63,705 bases of DNA, filler included, from Squatina squatina (GCA_031763465.1; 4 parts of 4 records of this genome joined end to end with filler, not necessarily neighbours in it); one strand, 5' to 3'. Positions 23,510 to 36,700 are shown, counted from the first letter of the whole stretch. Numbers and translations are program-made. The notes: generated by a model not told the origin, from the sequence alone.

Positions 23510-23785
23510 TAAGAGGTGTGTTTTCGGTATGCCCGAGAAAACCACTTACAGCGCTCCCAATCTCCTGGCCAACGTTTATGTCTCAACCAACTCTCCCTAA
23601 AAATACAGAATAACCGGTCACTTACCTCATTTGTTCTTTGTGGGATCTTGCTGTGTGTAAATTGGTTGCCGCATTTCCCTGCATAACAACAGTGACTACC
23701 CATCACAGATAATTAATTGGCTGTGAAGAGTTTGGGGAATGGCCTAAAGACATGACAAAGCACTTCAGGAATAAAAGCTGTTTTT
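23510..23785 (+). mobile_element. DeuSINE 3' fragment
   Basis: tcctggccaacgtttatgtctcaaccaac..tttgtgggatcttgctgtgtgtaaattgg..acaacagtgactac. Confidence 0.7.
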
Positions 23786-24229
23786 ACAGGTTGTTAATAA
23801 AGTCTGGTCCTGCTCTGAACATTGAGTGAATATTTTCATTTGTGAAAAGTCCTTGCCAACTTTTTACCCAACTTCCAACATTAAACACCATTCATGCAGC
23901 CAGAAAGGAAATTCGAGGCAGCACCTAAAAAATATCAGTTTTGAACTTTTCAGAATCTCTTTCTGTGAGCAGCCTGGCACTGAAATCCATGAGAGATTTC
24001 CTTGTGGTGTTGGCTCATCTCATCTCTGCCTCTGGTGATCTTGGCCTTCCTCTATTTTTTATCTGCTTCAAATTTTGTCTCCTACGGGGCTGCTGACAGC
24101 CTGTTGTCTTCTGACAATTGGCATCTAGCTGAAGCCAGTTCGCAATCTCAAGCCTCGCTCTCTCCCGGCACCTTTGCCATTCCCTCGCTGCAGGGTTGCA
24201 GTGCTAGACTATCAACTCACCAAGATAAG

Positions 24230-24510
24230 TAAAAGCCTTCAACCGCTCCATCATCGAGTCTAACCGTCTCTTGAATTTAAAAGACTCATCCTTATTTTCA
24301 AATTCCTCCAGGGCCTTGCCCCCTCCCCATCTCTGAAAGCTCCTCCAGAGTGATAACCCTCTGAGACCTCGGTGCTCCTACAATTCTGGCCTCTTGTGCA
24401 CCCCTGATTTCCAGCACCCCACCATTGTGCTTCCGGCTGCCTAGGTCCTCAGCTCTGGAACTGCCTCCTTAAGCTTTTCTGTCTTTTTAGCCTGTTTTAC
24501 CTTTAAAAGT
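24230..24510 (+). mobile_element. L2 LINE 3' fragment
   Basis: Colinear with 11605-11750 (tctggcctcttgtgcacccc..ctcagctctggaact). Confidence 0.6.
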
Positions 24511-24919
24511 CTTTCAGAACTAAAAGAACTGTGACTTAAACATGGAGAACAGAAACGACAGAATCAGTTATTGGTTGTTGACATAGCTTAGCATGTGAAG
24601 GAAGTCAGTCATGGAGACTAGGCTGAGGATGAAACTTGGTGAATCTGAATTGAATTTGCATTGTGTACTCAGAGTTTCACACCATGGCTGTCCGTCATCA
24701 CTGCATTGTTTAAAATTTGAAGTGGCAACAAAACTTTGGAATCTCCAAGCATGCAGCAGCATTATATGAATTAGAAAAGGCATTAAGGGTGCACAGCATT
24801 TTGAAAGCAGTGTCTGAATTTTATCCTTGGAATATTTTATTCTGAACCTGTTTAAAAATAATAAACATTTAGCAACTATTCAAAACCTAGATTGTACATT
24901 TGGTGCTAAGTTTGAACCC

Positions 24920-25110
24920 GCAACTTTTAATATAGAAAAACATCCCCACACACTTGAGATGTGAGGAGAACCAGAAAAGCAAAGCTTTGGAGTGGTGACC
25001 AAAAGCTTGGTCCACAAGGTGGCTTTCAAGGAGTCTTCAAGCAGAAGAAGGGAGAAGGATATTTCAGAGTGGGACCTAGGCAGCTGAAGGGCCAAGGTGG
25101 ATGGGGAAAA
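24920..25110 (-). mobile_element. L2 LINE 3' fragment
   Basis: gtgaccaaaagcttggtc..aaggagtcttcaag..cctaggcagctgaagg is the reverse complement of 11655-11780. Confidence 0.6.
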
Positions 25111-25982
25111 GGAGCCTGGAGTCAGAAAAATGGAGAGCTCATGCTTAGTTTTGGCATAATGATGCTGCATTCTCTGTTTCCCCGAATACTGACTGAAGGA
25201 GGATTTTGACACCAGATTTAAGTGTCATGAGGAAGCATTCAGTCATTCTGTAAAATAATGTAATTCTGAATAATACTGAGCGACAGAAATTTCTGTAAAA
25301 TTATTTTGCAGGTGTTATGATGCTACACATTTCATGTATTTTGAAAACTGCAAAGGATATTACTGTGCTCTGAAATACCGATTGCCCGGCAGGTAAATCT
25401 GGTTCAAGACTCCAATATAAAACTGGTCATAAAAAGTGTAACCTACCTTCAGCGTAGTGAATAACGGTGTTAATTTTGCAGTGTAAACTGTCTTTTGTCT
25501 CTGCAGCCATTTACCTGTCTTGCCAGTCTCTGTGCTGACTAGGAACTGTAGTATAAATCATGATGCATTCTGTATGCGTTCCATTAATATGGGACAAATT
25601 CTGTCCCATTGGCTTTACTCCAGATAATTCAGGTTGTGCTGTCTTATTGGAGCTGCGCTACTGTGACCAATGTAAATAGGGCAGTGGGCAGTTGAGATTT
25701 TCATCTCCTCAGTACCTGCAGTCAGCTATGTTGGAGGTAGCCTCGATATTCTAAATGTACCTGACAGGATATTGTGAAACATCCTATCTGTCACAGAGAT
25801 CTATACTTGTACACCAAAATCACAGGTACCAACCAGGCTTCAATTTCCAAATGTGGCATCCACATGGATCAAGCTGTTCAGTTTTGGTATTGATGTTTCC
25901 AGTAGGATTAAAGGTATCACCCTGTGTGTTATCTGAAGGTGGTCTGATTTCCTCCGTTCATGAGCTTATCTTATTCCTGCAG

Positions 25983-26090
25983 AGAAGTAGCAGCTCTGAG
26001 TCGCTGAGTGAAAAAGCTTCGAATGACCCCAAGAAAAGTTTTGATGCAGTGGTGTTTGATGTCCTGAAAGTGACACCAGAAGAGTTTGCT
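25983..26090 (+). CDS. RALGPS2: Ral GEF with PH domain and SH3-binding motif (RALGPS2-like), single internal exon
   Basis: 108-bp phase-0 exon, ttattcctgcag|...|GTGAGT; translates RSSSSESLSEKASNDPKKSFDAVVFDVLKVTPEEFA vs recalled human RALGPS2 KSSSSESLSDKGSELKKSFDAVVFDVLKVTPEEYA. RALGPS1 is not excluded. Confidence 0.85.
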
Positions 26091-27104
26091 GTGAGTATAG
26101 GTAGTGGTTGAATTCTGTTGCCAGTACGTCCATGGATTGTGTGGAGATTTAATTTGAAAACGAAAAGTGCAACTAGTGTAATATTTTTGGTGTTTACCAG
26201 TGTTATTTTGGAGTTTGGTTACACACATTGGGATTTTTACTCAAAGGGAAGGGAATTGCAAGGGGAGTTTGAGGTAGAATCAGTACTTTTTGTTGAACGT
26301 ACTCCTGCAAAAAAATAAATTGAACAAAACCCCATTCTTGAAGATATCCCAACCTGCCATTTTGAATCTCCTTCTCTGGTGACATAATTGACTAAGAGGG
26401 CCTGCATGCCTTTTTTACATTAATTATTTGGTAACTTCATTTACCTTAATGACATGACAATTAGGATCACCCTGGGGGCTGATCTAGAGATACTTGACTT
26501 CTGGGGGAAGGGGTGGGAGAGCATAAATAGCAGTTATAACCCCATTTCTTTCTCCTTTTAAAAGAAAACTACAGTTAATCCTTGTTTTGTTGTGAACTTT
26601 CATGAACTTTTTACATAACATAAAATTACAGCAGTTAATTCGGGAAAAAATTAACCATTACCAATACTGAACTTATTTTATAACTTATTGTCTGTTTTTA
26701 TTGACACAGTGTTGACTTGACTGCCAAAATGAGTCAACACACAATACTTAAAAAAAGTTAAATTTATTTTAGGTAGTCAAAGCTTCTAAAATGAACAATT
26801 CAAGGGGAAAAGTGGTTCAACTGTCACCTTTTTGTTGGTGTAAAGTTTGTAAAAGTGCCTTGACCTCATTATCGAGCTGCAACACAACTGTTTCATTATT
26901 CAGGTTATCTATTTGTCTGTGCTTTATTTAGTCCGTTCTGGCATTGTGCCCTTAATCAGGGTAAAACCATATACCATATACATAAAGAATTTAAAACATT
27001 AGTTGGCCATTATATTACATTAAATTAATGAGATATATGATAATTACAGGTCCCAGGACAAAACAGTCCAGCTGCCAGTTTCAGGATCTTATACTGACTA
27101 TCAG

Positions 27105-27495
27105 ACGGTTCAGATGGTAACACTCTCACCCTTGAGTTAGGAGGTTTTGGATTCAAACTCCACTGTGGATTTGAGCATATATCTAGATTGACAATGCAGT
27201 GCAGTACTGAGGGAGTCAGAGGTGCTGTCTTTCAGATGAGATATTAAACCGTCTGCCATTCTCAAGTGGACAGCACTATTTGAAACAGGGCAGGGAGTTT
27301 CCTGGTGTCCCAGCCAACAATACTCTCTCAACCAACATCACCAAAAATAGATTATCTAGTCATTCATTTACTTGTTTGTGAGATGAAATTGGCTATTTCA
27401 TTTGCCTACATAATGACAGCGACTGCAGTATCCATTGGTTGTAAAGCACTTTTGGATGTCTTGGGAGTATGAAAGGTTCTCTATAAATGGCACTT
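27105..27495 (+). mobile_element. DeuSINE (SacSINE1-like), near full length, diverged
   Basis: tRNA-like head with A/B boxes (ggttcagatggtaacactctc..ggattcaaactcc), Deu core (ggtgctgtctttcagatgagatattaaaccg) and L2-like tail. Confidence 0.8.
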
Positions 27496-28860
27496 TTTGT
27501 TATTATGGGCTGGATGCAAACTCAGGACCCAGAGGAGAAAGCATACCACATGTCTGTCAGCATCTGGAAAAAAAAACAAATACTCCACTCCTTGGTAAAA
27601 TATTAGCATGGCACCCAATAAACGTTTTGAGTGTAGGCCCTTTGTCAAACAGTTCAGATGAATTGTCGACAGCTAAAACATTAACCTGACTTCTTATCGT
27701 TCTTCTGATGCTGTGGTGTTATCTCAGATTTCTGNNNNNNNNNNNNNNNNNNNNCAGTGTCCTAACCCACCACACCACCCGATCACCTAATCACTATAGA
27801 GTGTGATCTTCACTGTGCCAATCCTGCTTCACAATTTTGAAGATAGTTATGTTCTTTGCATCTGATGCTTACTGGCTACTCAGTATTACTAACAACTTCT
27901 TTTGAGCCAGTATATGAAACTTGTCCAGACTAAATTAAACTCATGTTGCAAGTCATCATCAGATGTTCACAAGTACACTTCTTTATGTTATAACACAAAT
28001 CAGATGTGAGTAAATGTGTGAGTATCTCACATGATAGAATCCACAAGAGTATAACAGATGGCATTCTATTTCTGTTACACTGTGATAATTTGATCCAGTT
28101 CTAGCACATGTATTGCATACTACTTGATCTTGACAATACATTAGCTTCAACTCATTACAGTAGTTCCAATGCCAATCCTGTCCCCCAAATCACAGGCGAC
28201 ACTTGTGAATCTTTATGTGTCAGCAACGAACTGCTTATTGTTTCCCAATTTTACTGCAATATATTTTGTTTAAATCTTAATACTATTATTTTACATTAAT
28301 CACACTAAATCTTATCCAGAGACAGCACTTGAGGACTTTTGTCCTCCAACAGGCACTGATAAGACTTTCGATTTTATAACACTGCTGTGTTGTTTTGTGT
28401 GTGCTGATCTGTTTAATATTCTACATACACTACATACATTTTTACACATTGCCCTTTATCTCTTTTGTATTCCAGCTTCCCTGTTCTTGTATTATTGGTT
28501 TAATTTTCTTTTAATTCACCACTTTCTTTAGTTATTTTATTTTCCTTTTTTAGATTCCTCCTTCCATGTGCCAATCTCCAGCCAAGAGGACATGTTCATA
28601 GGCTGCTCTGTGACTTTTCTCAATCCAGTGTCATACAGCTAGTATGGTGGATGGAGGTACAAACTCCATTCTTCGTGTGCAACAGCTGAATCATTACATT
28701 TTTATCTGCTCAACGCCATTGAAAGGGAGTACTGGAAATCGTATCCCCTTTAATTCTTCACTTGTCTCAAGTCCAACCAGCAGCTATTATCGCTTAAACT
28801 TGATACTGCCATTTTTCGCTGTCTTCATCCATTCGCATTCTTGACTTCACTAAATACCTT

Positions 28861-29509
28861 GGGTGCCCAATTCGGCTGGATTGTGCCGATTAGCGGCACA
28901 ATCGGGTGTGAAATCAGTGTACAGGCCTAAAAATTAAAAAAGCAGAATTGGGCCTTGGCTGCTGATGGCATAAATGCAACGCCGCCGGAGGCGCAGCGGC
29001 CAGTGTGTGACGTCATCACATCGCGCGCTGACCCCTCGCCGCCCGCCCGCGACCACCCCTGTGCGCCAGGGAGGCACTGCCTCCAGATTTGGAGGCTGCC
29101 TCCCCCGACACCACTGGCACTGGCAATGACAGGTTTCCCCTGGCGGTGCAAGAGGCCCAAAGAATCCCCCCACCACTGGCACGCAGTCTGGCGTGCCGGC
29201 ACCCTCAAAACATTTTTAAAACTTACCTGCTGGCCCTGTGAGCACTCGATCCACTTCTGATAGGCAAATCTGCAGCCTGCAGCCTTTAAGGCACGGGGTG
29301 GGGCCGCTGACGCACCACGGCTGTGACGTGGCATTGCCTGGGTCAGCTCTGTGGCAACGCTGATTCTGCATTGCCACGTTATACTGGCCCAAAACCACTT
29401 CAAAGACCCGAATGCTTCGAAGATGTGCCCTGCTGCTAGTGGGGTGCACTCAGGGCTAAAGGACCACAAATGCAGCACCCAATTTGCAGGCAGGCCAATT
29501 GGGTGCCCC
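28861..29509. mobile_element. Harbinger-like MITE with short TIRs
   Basis: The left end is gggtgcccaatt and the right end is aattgggtgcccc (reverse complement ggggcacccaatt). The interior is GC/CpG-rich and sharply bounded by AT-rich DNA. Confidence 0.65.
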
Positions 29510-30954
29510 TATTATTCATTTGGACTCCCTTCCAGTAAGTNNNNNNNNNNNNNNNNNNNNNNNNNNNNNNNNNNNNNNNNNNNNNNNNNNNNNNNNNNNN
29601 NNNNNNNNNNNNNNNNNNNNNNNNNNNNNNNNNNNNNNNNTTTTTCCTTGCTTAAGTGCCTGCCTAATTGTAGTTGCAACTATTATAGAACCAGGCAATG
29701 AAAATCTAATAAGTAAGATCTGCTGATCATATCTTGGTTTATCCTGTTTGGAATTGAACCTGAATCAATTAATTTCTTTATAAAGTTGAAATAATCATTG
29801 TGTATGACAGTATAACGAATTTGGGGGTATCAATGAAAATGTGTTTAAATGTTGTGAAGCTAAACAAGAACATAATGGTTCCCTGCCACCAGGTGTCAGT
29901 CTAAGGCAGAAGATTGAGGTTTTTGGAAGCATATGGATGGATTCTTGTTGCAACACCCTGGTTACTAAGGCCTTTTGGAGGCCCTGCGGTCATTTGAAAA
30001 ACATAACAACCACTGGCGGCTGTGTGAATGGTGCAAGCAAATGGAAAATTCCATTCAGACTGAGAGCTGCTCTGTCTCATATGGTCAATGTGTGTGGGTG
30101 GCAATGCACCGCAGGAAGATACAATTCTTCTGTAAAAGGGGAATGATTTTAGAGATCAAACATGAATCAGTGACATTTTTATGTAAGTGTCTGCGTGATG
30201 AGTGTTTATTGTGTGAGCCATGTTTGAACAATGTGCACAAGTTCTGCAATAACAGATCTAGCGTCATTTTATTCCATATTTGCAAAATGGGATTACTGAG
30301 TAATGGTTCAGTCCATCCGATTTTACACAGTAAATGAATTAAGGAAAAACAGACACAAAGGACTGACAATTGTGGTTGAATTGTAAAGACTTTTCCATGA
30401 ATTGTGACTCAGTGGCTGGACACTGGAGCTGAAAATCTTTAAACACTTTTTTTTAAATCACAATATGCATTTCTGGTGACCACTTTGCCTTCACCATGGC
30501 TATGTACCCATAGCAACTAAAACAATTAATTCTGTAAATGATCACAAACCTTATTTTATTGGATTACGTAATCTCTTTGTCTTTGGTTTCTAGCACTGCA
30601 TTCAAATATTCTTAAAACCAGGCCTTTTTTGGAATATTTTCAAGTTAGTGCACTCAGGCGGGCTGCTTAGAGAAAATAATACTAGAATGCATATTATATG
30701 TTACATTTTTTTAAATATTTTTTGCTTACATTGAATCCATAATTTACAGTCGGCATTAGCATAGATAAATGGCACTAATAATTTCAATGCAAATTCTACA
30801 AATGAAATGCTTTGCTGTTCACATGGTACTATTTTCTAAACAAAAATGATACATAAAGAGATAGGAATTTTCTGCTTCTAAAGATAATGGACTATGAATT
30901 AGGCCACGCAGATGTACTCAGAAAAACCAGACCTTGAGACCATTTGCTAACTAC

Positions 30955-31101
30955 AAGAAACATAGAAAAAGAAACACAGAAAAAATAGGAGCAGGAGTAG
31001 GCCATTCGGCCCTTCGAGCCTGCTCTGCCATTCAATATGATCATGGCTGATCATTCCAATTCAGTACCCTGTTCCCACTTTCTCCCCATATCCCTTGATC
31101 C
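30955..31101 (-). mobile_element. CR1 LINE 3' end
   Basis: catagaaa..aaataggagcaggagtaggccattcggcccttcgagcctgc is near-identical to 57645-57782. Confidence 0.85.
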
Positions 31102-31289
31102 NNNNNNNNNNNNNNNNNNNNNNNNNNNNNNNNNNNNNNNNNNNNNNNNNNNNNNNNNNNNNNNNNNNNNNNNNNNNNNNNNNNNNNNNNNNNNNNNNNN
31201 NGCCACATCCAGAAGTGGTGCATTCACATATACTGTAGACTCATATCCCCATGACATACAGTAAATGCTTTTGCCAATAATTTCCACAG

Positions 31290-31440
31290 GGGTTCATCCA
31301 ATTTCCCACTGGGACTTAGTCAGAAGGTTGTCAGAAACCCAGAAGAAACAGCATAAATAGCCATTTATGTCTGTGGGGTTTCCACCAATCTTCCACCAAA
31401 GTTGTGGCAGGAGATCAGGAAACCTTCAGGGAAACTTTAC
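31290..31440. mobile_element. Small palindromic MITE-like repeat, degenerate
   Basis: Imperfect dyad symmetry around gcataaatagccatttatgt (gaaaccc...gggtttc). A related sequence lies at 56938-57080. Confidence 0.45.
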
Positions 31441-33673
31441 TCACAGGTTCTTTCTATTGGTGTTCCTCTTGCCACCAACCAGAGGGACTAAAGGGTCTTT
31501 TCTGGCCCTGCATTTTCCAATGTTTGTATTTAAAATACAGATTAATGTTTTAAGTCTATATAAAGTACCGTGATAGTAGCTGTGGGGATTACATGGTTCA
31601 TGTTTCTTTCTCCTTCTCCTTCTCCTTGCAGCCCCGTCGGTCCCATCCTCCTTCAGCTGGGAATTGCGAGAACTGGGAATTTTGGGATGTGCTTCCTTAT
31701 TCCATTTAAGCAGAACAAGTCAAATGCCAGTCCTCCCTTTCGAAACTTCTTTGTTCACAATGTTCAGTTCTTTTCGAAAGCACAAATTTTGCAAGCATTA
31801 GCACGGTTTGAAATAGATGTGTAGTGCCTCACTAATGCCCTTTTAAAGAGAATGAAAATGTTGCATTTTATCACTCATCTAGAGACATATCAGTACTCTA
31901 AAGAATTTCGGACGGTATTTGCAACTGATTTTTTTTTAAGTACAAAATTGAGATTTTAAATCAGGCTTATTTTGATCCAACAATTTATCCTTACCACAAG
32001 CCATTTGGTCAGCCTGTGTCACTCAGTGTACAGCACCCTACTATTAAACCATCCTCACGATGTAACAAATGGCTATTAAACTACTCTGAAAGCCACACAG
32101 AGGTAAAGAAAGATATTTCTTTCTAACATCGAGGTATTAACAAGTGTTCCTGGTAGCAATACGGAGGTAGTGGCTGGGTGTAAAGGTGCTCACAGTTTAA
32201 GGAATTGAAGCTCCCACTCCTACACTCACCATTGAAACTAATAAAAATTTGAACGAATTACTTTGTCAGATTTAAGAATAAATATTCTTTTTCATTTTCT
32301 AAAATAATACACAGGTGTAGGAGACGTATAAATGCAAAACAAATCTACAGCTTATTTACTGGGGGTTGAAGCCCCCTGTAGCTTGCAATTTCATGTAAGT
32401 ACTTTTTACTGCTCTGGGTAAATTGGATAATGTGTTTTTTTTTTAAACTCAAGCAACAAACCAGGTGTTTTGTAACCAATGTGGTTCTATTAAAATCTAT
32501 TTGCGATCCTTGAACTACATAAGCATAGACTGACAGCAGTACAGAGCTACATTTTACAAATTAACATGTATAAAAGAAAGTCAGAAATGATCGATAAATT
32601 CCAAATGTTTTGCAATGCTACTGAATATACCACTCTCTTTACATATAATTAGCCGATAACATACATTTTTCTTTTCCAAATTCCCCCTTTTAAAAGGTAG
32701 TTGCTTTTTTATATAGGGCAAATTTCTTCTGAATCATTTTATTCAATTACCTTGCATACTTTTGTATTCATATATAATAGGGCACTAAAAGAGCAATAAA
32801 CACTTGTAAAAATAAATCTTTAACTGTCTATATCAAAACTTGACAACAATATTTTTTGTGTGGAACATCAGTTTTCTAAATGAAATGTCAGTACCATAAC
32901 AATGCTTCATGTCGGGTCCCATACCTCTTTAGCAGATGCATTTCACCGAGCAAAATCAATTAGTAAATCATCGCCCAAAATTTACAAGTGTCNNNNNNNN
33001 NNNNNNNNNNNNNNNNNNNNNNNNNNNNNNNNNNNNNNNNNNNNNNNNNNNNNNNNNNNNNNNNNNNNNNNNNNNNNNNNNNNNNNNNNNNNNNNNNNNN
33101 NNNNNNNNNNNNNNNNNNNNNNNNNNNNNNNNNNNNNNNNNNNNNNNNNNNNNNNNNNNNNNNNNNNNNNNNNNNNNNNNNNNNNNNNNNNNNNNNNNNN
33201 NNNNNNNNNNNNNNNNNNNNNNNNNNNNNNNNNNNNNNNNNNNNNNNNNNNNNNNNNNNNNNNNNNNNNNNNNNNNNNNNNNNNNNNNNNNNNNNNNNNN
33301 NNNNNNNNNNNNNNNNNNNNNNNNNNNNNNNNNNNNNNNNNNNNNNNNNNNNNNNNNNNNNNNNNNNNNNNNNNNNNNNNNNNNNNNNNNNNNNNNNNNN
33401 NNNNNNNNNNNNNNNNNNNNNNNNNNNNNNNNNNNNNNNNNNNNNNNNNNNNNNNNNNNNNNNNNNNNNNNNNNNNNNNNNNNNNNNNNNNNNNNNNNNN
33501 NNNNNNNNNNNNNNNNNNNNNNNNNNNNNNNNNNNNNNNNNNNNNNNNNNNNNNNNNNNNNNNNNNNNNNNNNNNNNNNNNNNNNNNNNNNNNNNNNNNN
33601 NNNNNNNNNNNNNNNNNNNNNNNNNNNNNNNNNNNNNNNNNNNNNNNNNNNNNNNNNNNNNNNNNNNNNNNNN

Positions 33674-33774
33674 CCTCGATAAGAGTCTTGTTTTGATTTT
33701 CAAGCACAGCGACCCGATTTTCAAGACACTTGACATACTCCTTCTTCTTTTTGCGACATTCACGAGCAGCCTCC
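33674..33774 (-). CDS. CREM: CREB/CREM/ATF1-family bZIP exon, probably CREM; 3' end lost in N gap
   Basis: Acceptor ttaattccag|; translates (R)EAARECRKKKKEYVKCLENRVAVLENQNKTLIE. The peptide cannot separate CREM from CREB1. CREM is preferred because CCNY lies downstream on the same strand, as in human. Confidence 0.75.
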
Positions 33775-36700
33775 CTGGAATTAACAGAAGGCACATCATA
33801 GCGACAGCCGAAAAAGGGCAGAAACCGACTAATCTGTATACTTTGTCTTTGTAATGCCATCCTGAGAGTGCCACTTGAGGTTCCCCAGTCCTTGAGCTAC
33901 GACCTGCACCAACCAAATCAGAAGCAGCTTGCCTTGCCGGATCCCTCACAACATTCCCACAATCTAAAATCATATTTAAGAGATTATTTGCAGCCAACCA
34001 GTATGACTGTCAGGAATGGGATGCAGTTGACTCATCCCCATCGAGCGACTTTTGACAGATGACACACCACATCAAATTGAAGTACTGCATTCAGATGTAA
34101 CTTTCTGTCTGGATTGAAGTATATAGCCACAGCAGTGAAACAAGTAATTGAACCACCGTTCCAGGAAGCACCATTTTGTTTTTATTTAACAGAAAATAAA
34201 CTATATCAAAATTTGCATCAGCCCAAACTAGTTAACCAGGACTTTAAAAAAAAAAGAAATGCTCATCCTTCCAGTTATTTGAGATGACACAATCAAAAAG
34301 TGTCAAAAATTCTACCAGCCAGTTGTCCATAACAATAATGAAGGAATTGTTAGCTCATTATTCAATATTATTCATAATTTTCCTCAAAGTCATCCTTTTA
34401 TAAAAACGTATAAAAGCAAAGGATGACAAAAGATGTTAAACATTAAAATATACCGGAAAAGTTAAAAAAATATAAAACATTTGAAATGCCAAGGCAGTAC
34501 AATTGAGCGGTTTTGTGTTTTCATGTTTGCTAATTTTAGCAAAAAAGTGTCCCTGTCCCAGCTCCATCAGGTAAGTCCTGGGACTGCAACATTTCATGTC
34601 TGGGTCAGAGTTCAAAAAGTACGAAAGCAGTAGTTTGAAGTCATTTCTATACTTTTTGAACTCTGACAGACATGTAAAGTGGACTTACCCACCTTATACT
34701 CATATATACTTTTTCTCTAAAACTAGCAAGAGGAAAATATAGCACCTGATTAGCTACCGAAATCCAATACAAAAGGTTTTGAAAAGATTTATAAACTACC
34801 ACAGCAATCACATTACAATGAAAGTACCCGCCAGCTGCAATTATAATGCAATCCTTAAGACGGTAAGCATTTTACATGTTATACTGGGCTGCATGGCAAC
34901 ACCTTAAAAACTCATAACATATAAATACAACATAAAAAGTTAAAAACTAAGGACAATCATCTTTATAACCCATATAAAGCAGTATGACGGACACCTGAAT
35001 AGTTTGTAAGTTGACAGCCAACAATATAATTTTATGAAAAAAAATGTTTGAACATTTTTAAATTTTAAAAAATCCTTCATTTTTTTTCAACAGTATTTCC
35101 CTTTATTGCTTGCAAACTGAAAAAATAAATACTATAGTGGATAAATGAATGTAACTATGTACTGATTATCTTTAACTGAAAGCTAATTTTTCAGGCTCAT
35201 CAGNNNNNNNNNNNNNNNNNNNNNNNNNNNNNNNNNNNNNNNNNNNNNNNNNNNNNNNNNNNNNNNNNNNNNNNNNNNNNNNNNNNNNNNNNNNNNNNNN
35301 NNNNNNNNNNNNNNNNNNNNNNNNNNNNNNNNNNNNNNNNNNNNNNNNNNNNNNNNNNNNNNNNNNNNNNNNNNNNNNNNNNNNNNNNNNNNNNNNNNNN
35401 NNNNNNNNNNNNNNNNNNNNNNNNNNNNNNNNNNNNNNNNNNNNNNNNNNNNNNNNNNNNNNNNNNNNNNNNNNNNNNNNNNNNNNNNNNNNNNNNNNNN
35501 NNNNNNNNNNNNNNNNNNNNNNNNNNNNNNNNNNNNNNNNNNNNNNNNNNNNNNNNNNNNNNNNNNNNNNNNNNNNNNNNNNNNNNNNNNNNNNNNNNNN
35601 NNNNNNNNNNNNNNNNNNNNNNNNNNNNNNNNNNNNNNNNNNNNNNNNNNNNNNNNNNNNNNNNNNNNNNNNNNNNNNNNNNNNNNNNNNNNNNNNNNNN
35701 NNNNNNNNNNNNNNNNNNNNNNNNNNNNNNNNNNNNNNNNNNNNNNNNNNNNNNNNNNNNNNNNNNNNNNNNNNNNNNNNNNNNNNNNNNNNNNNNNNNN
35801 NNNNNNNNNNNNNNNNNNNNNNAAATGTCAAGTCAACTCTTGTTTATATACAGCAATGGCAGGCCTGACTTTCTCAGCTTCTCTTTGCACTTGTCTTGTA
35901 TGTTCAAGCTGTACTTCTTGCATGATGGAGCATCAGTGTAGAGTGTTCAAGCAGCAAATTTAAAGTCAGTCCTGAATGCAGCTGCATGCAGTTTCCTTTG
36001 AAGGCAAGCTCAAGGAATTGTTTCCGGTATACTGAGTGAAGAGCAATGATTTAAGGGGTTCAAGAAACCTCTGTCGTAATAGAACAGATCAATATAACCA
36101 CACAGTAGTGAAGAAATCATGCAGGAGGAAAGAAAAGGAGGAATAACCATTGGCAGGCAGTACTGACGCATGAGGATAAAGCAAAACCAGGGACATACCA
36201 GGGAGAGGGCATGCTACTGACCCACAGCTAGGTTGTACGTAGCAGGCATATGGAATGACTGGGACAAGCAGATACTGCTACATTATAAATCAGAGACCAT
36301 CAATCTGTGCATGTAAAACTCCTACTGATGTAACTTTACTTGCATAAATTATTTTTCTAAAATACATGGTATAAAAACAATGTTGGTGTTTGCAGTAAAA
36401 TATACTTATAACATAACAAACTGTCAAAAGAAAGCAAAGATGCAAAATATTTTTATTTCATGAAATTGAGCACATATTCTGAATTTTCATCAGAACATTA
36501 AAATAGTACACTACAAAGAAAACCTTCAATTTATTGATGCCTAAAAGGAAAATAAATAAATTCACAAACCCTTGCCTATGTATATTTATAATAAATATAT
36601 ACACATACAGTAGTTACCACCCAAACACGTTTTTAAAAAGAAATTATTTGTAAAATTCAATTAGAATTTTCAACAATGACCACTATCAATGCAAACCAGA

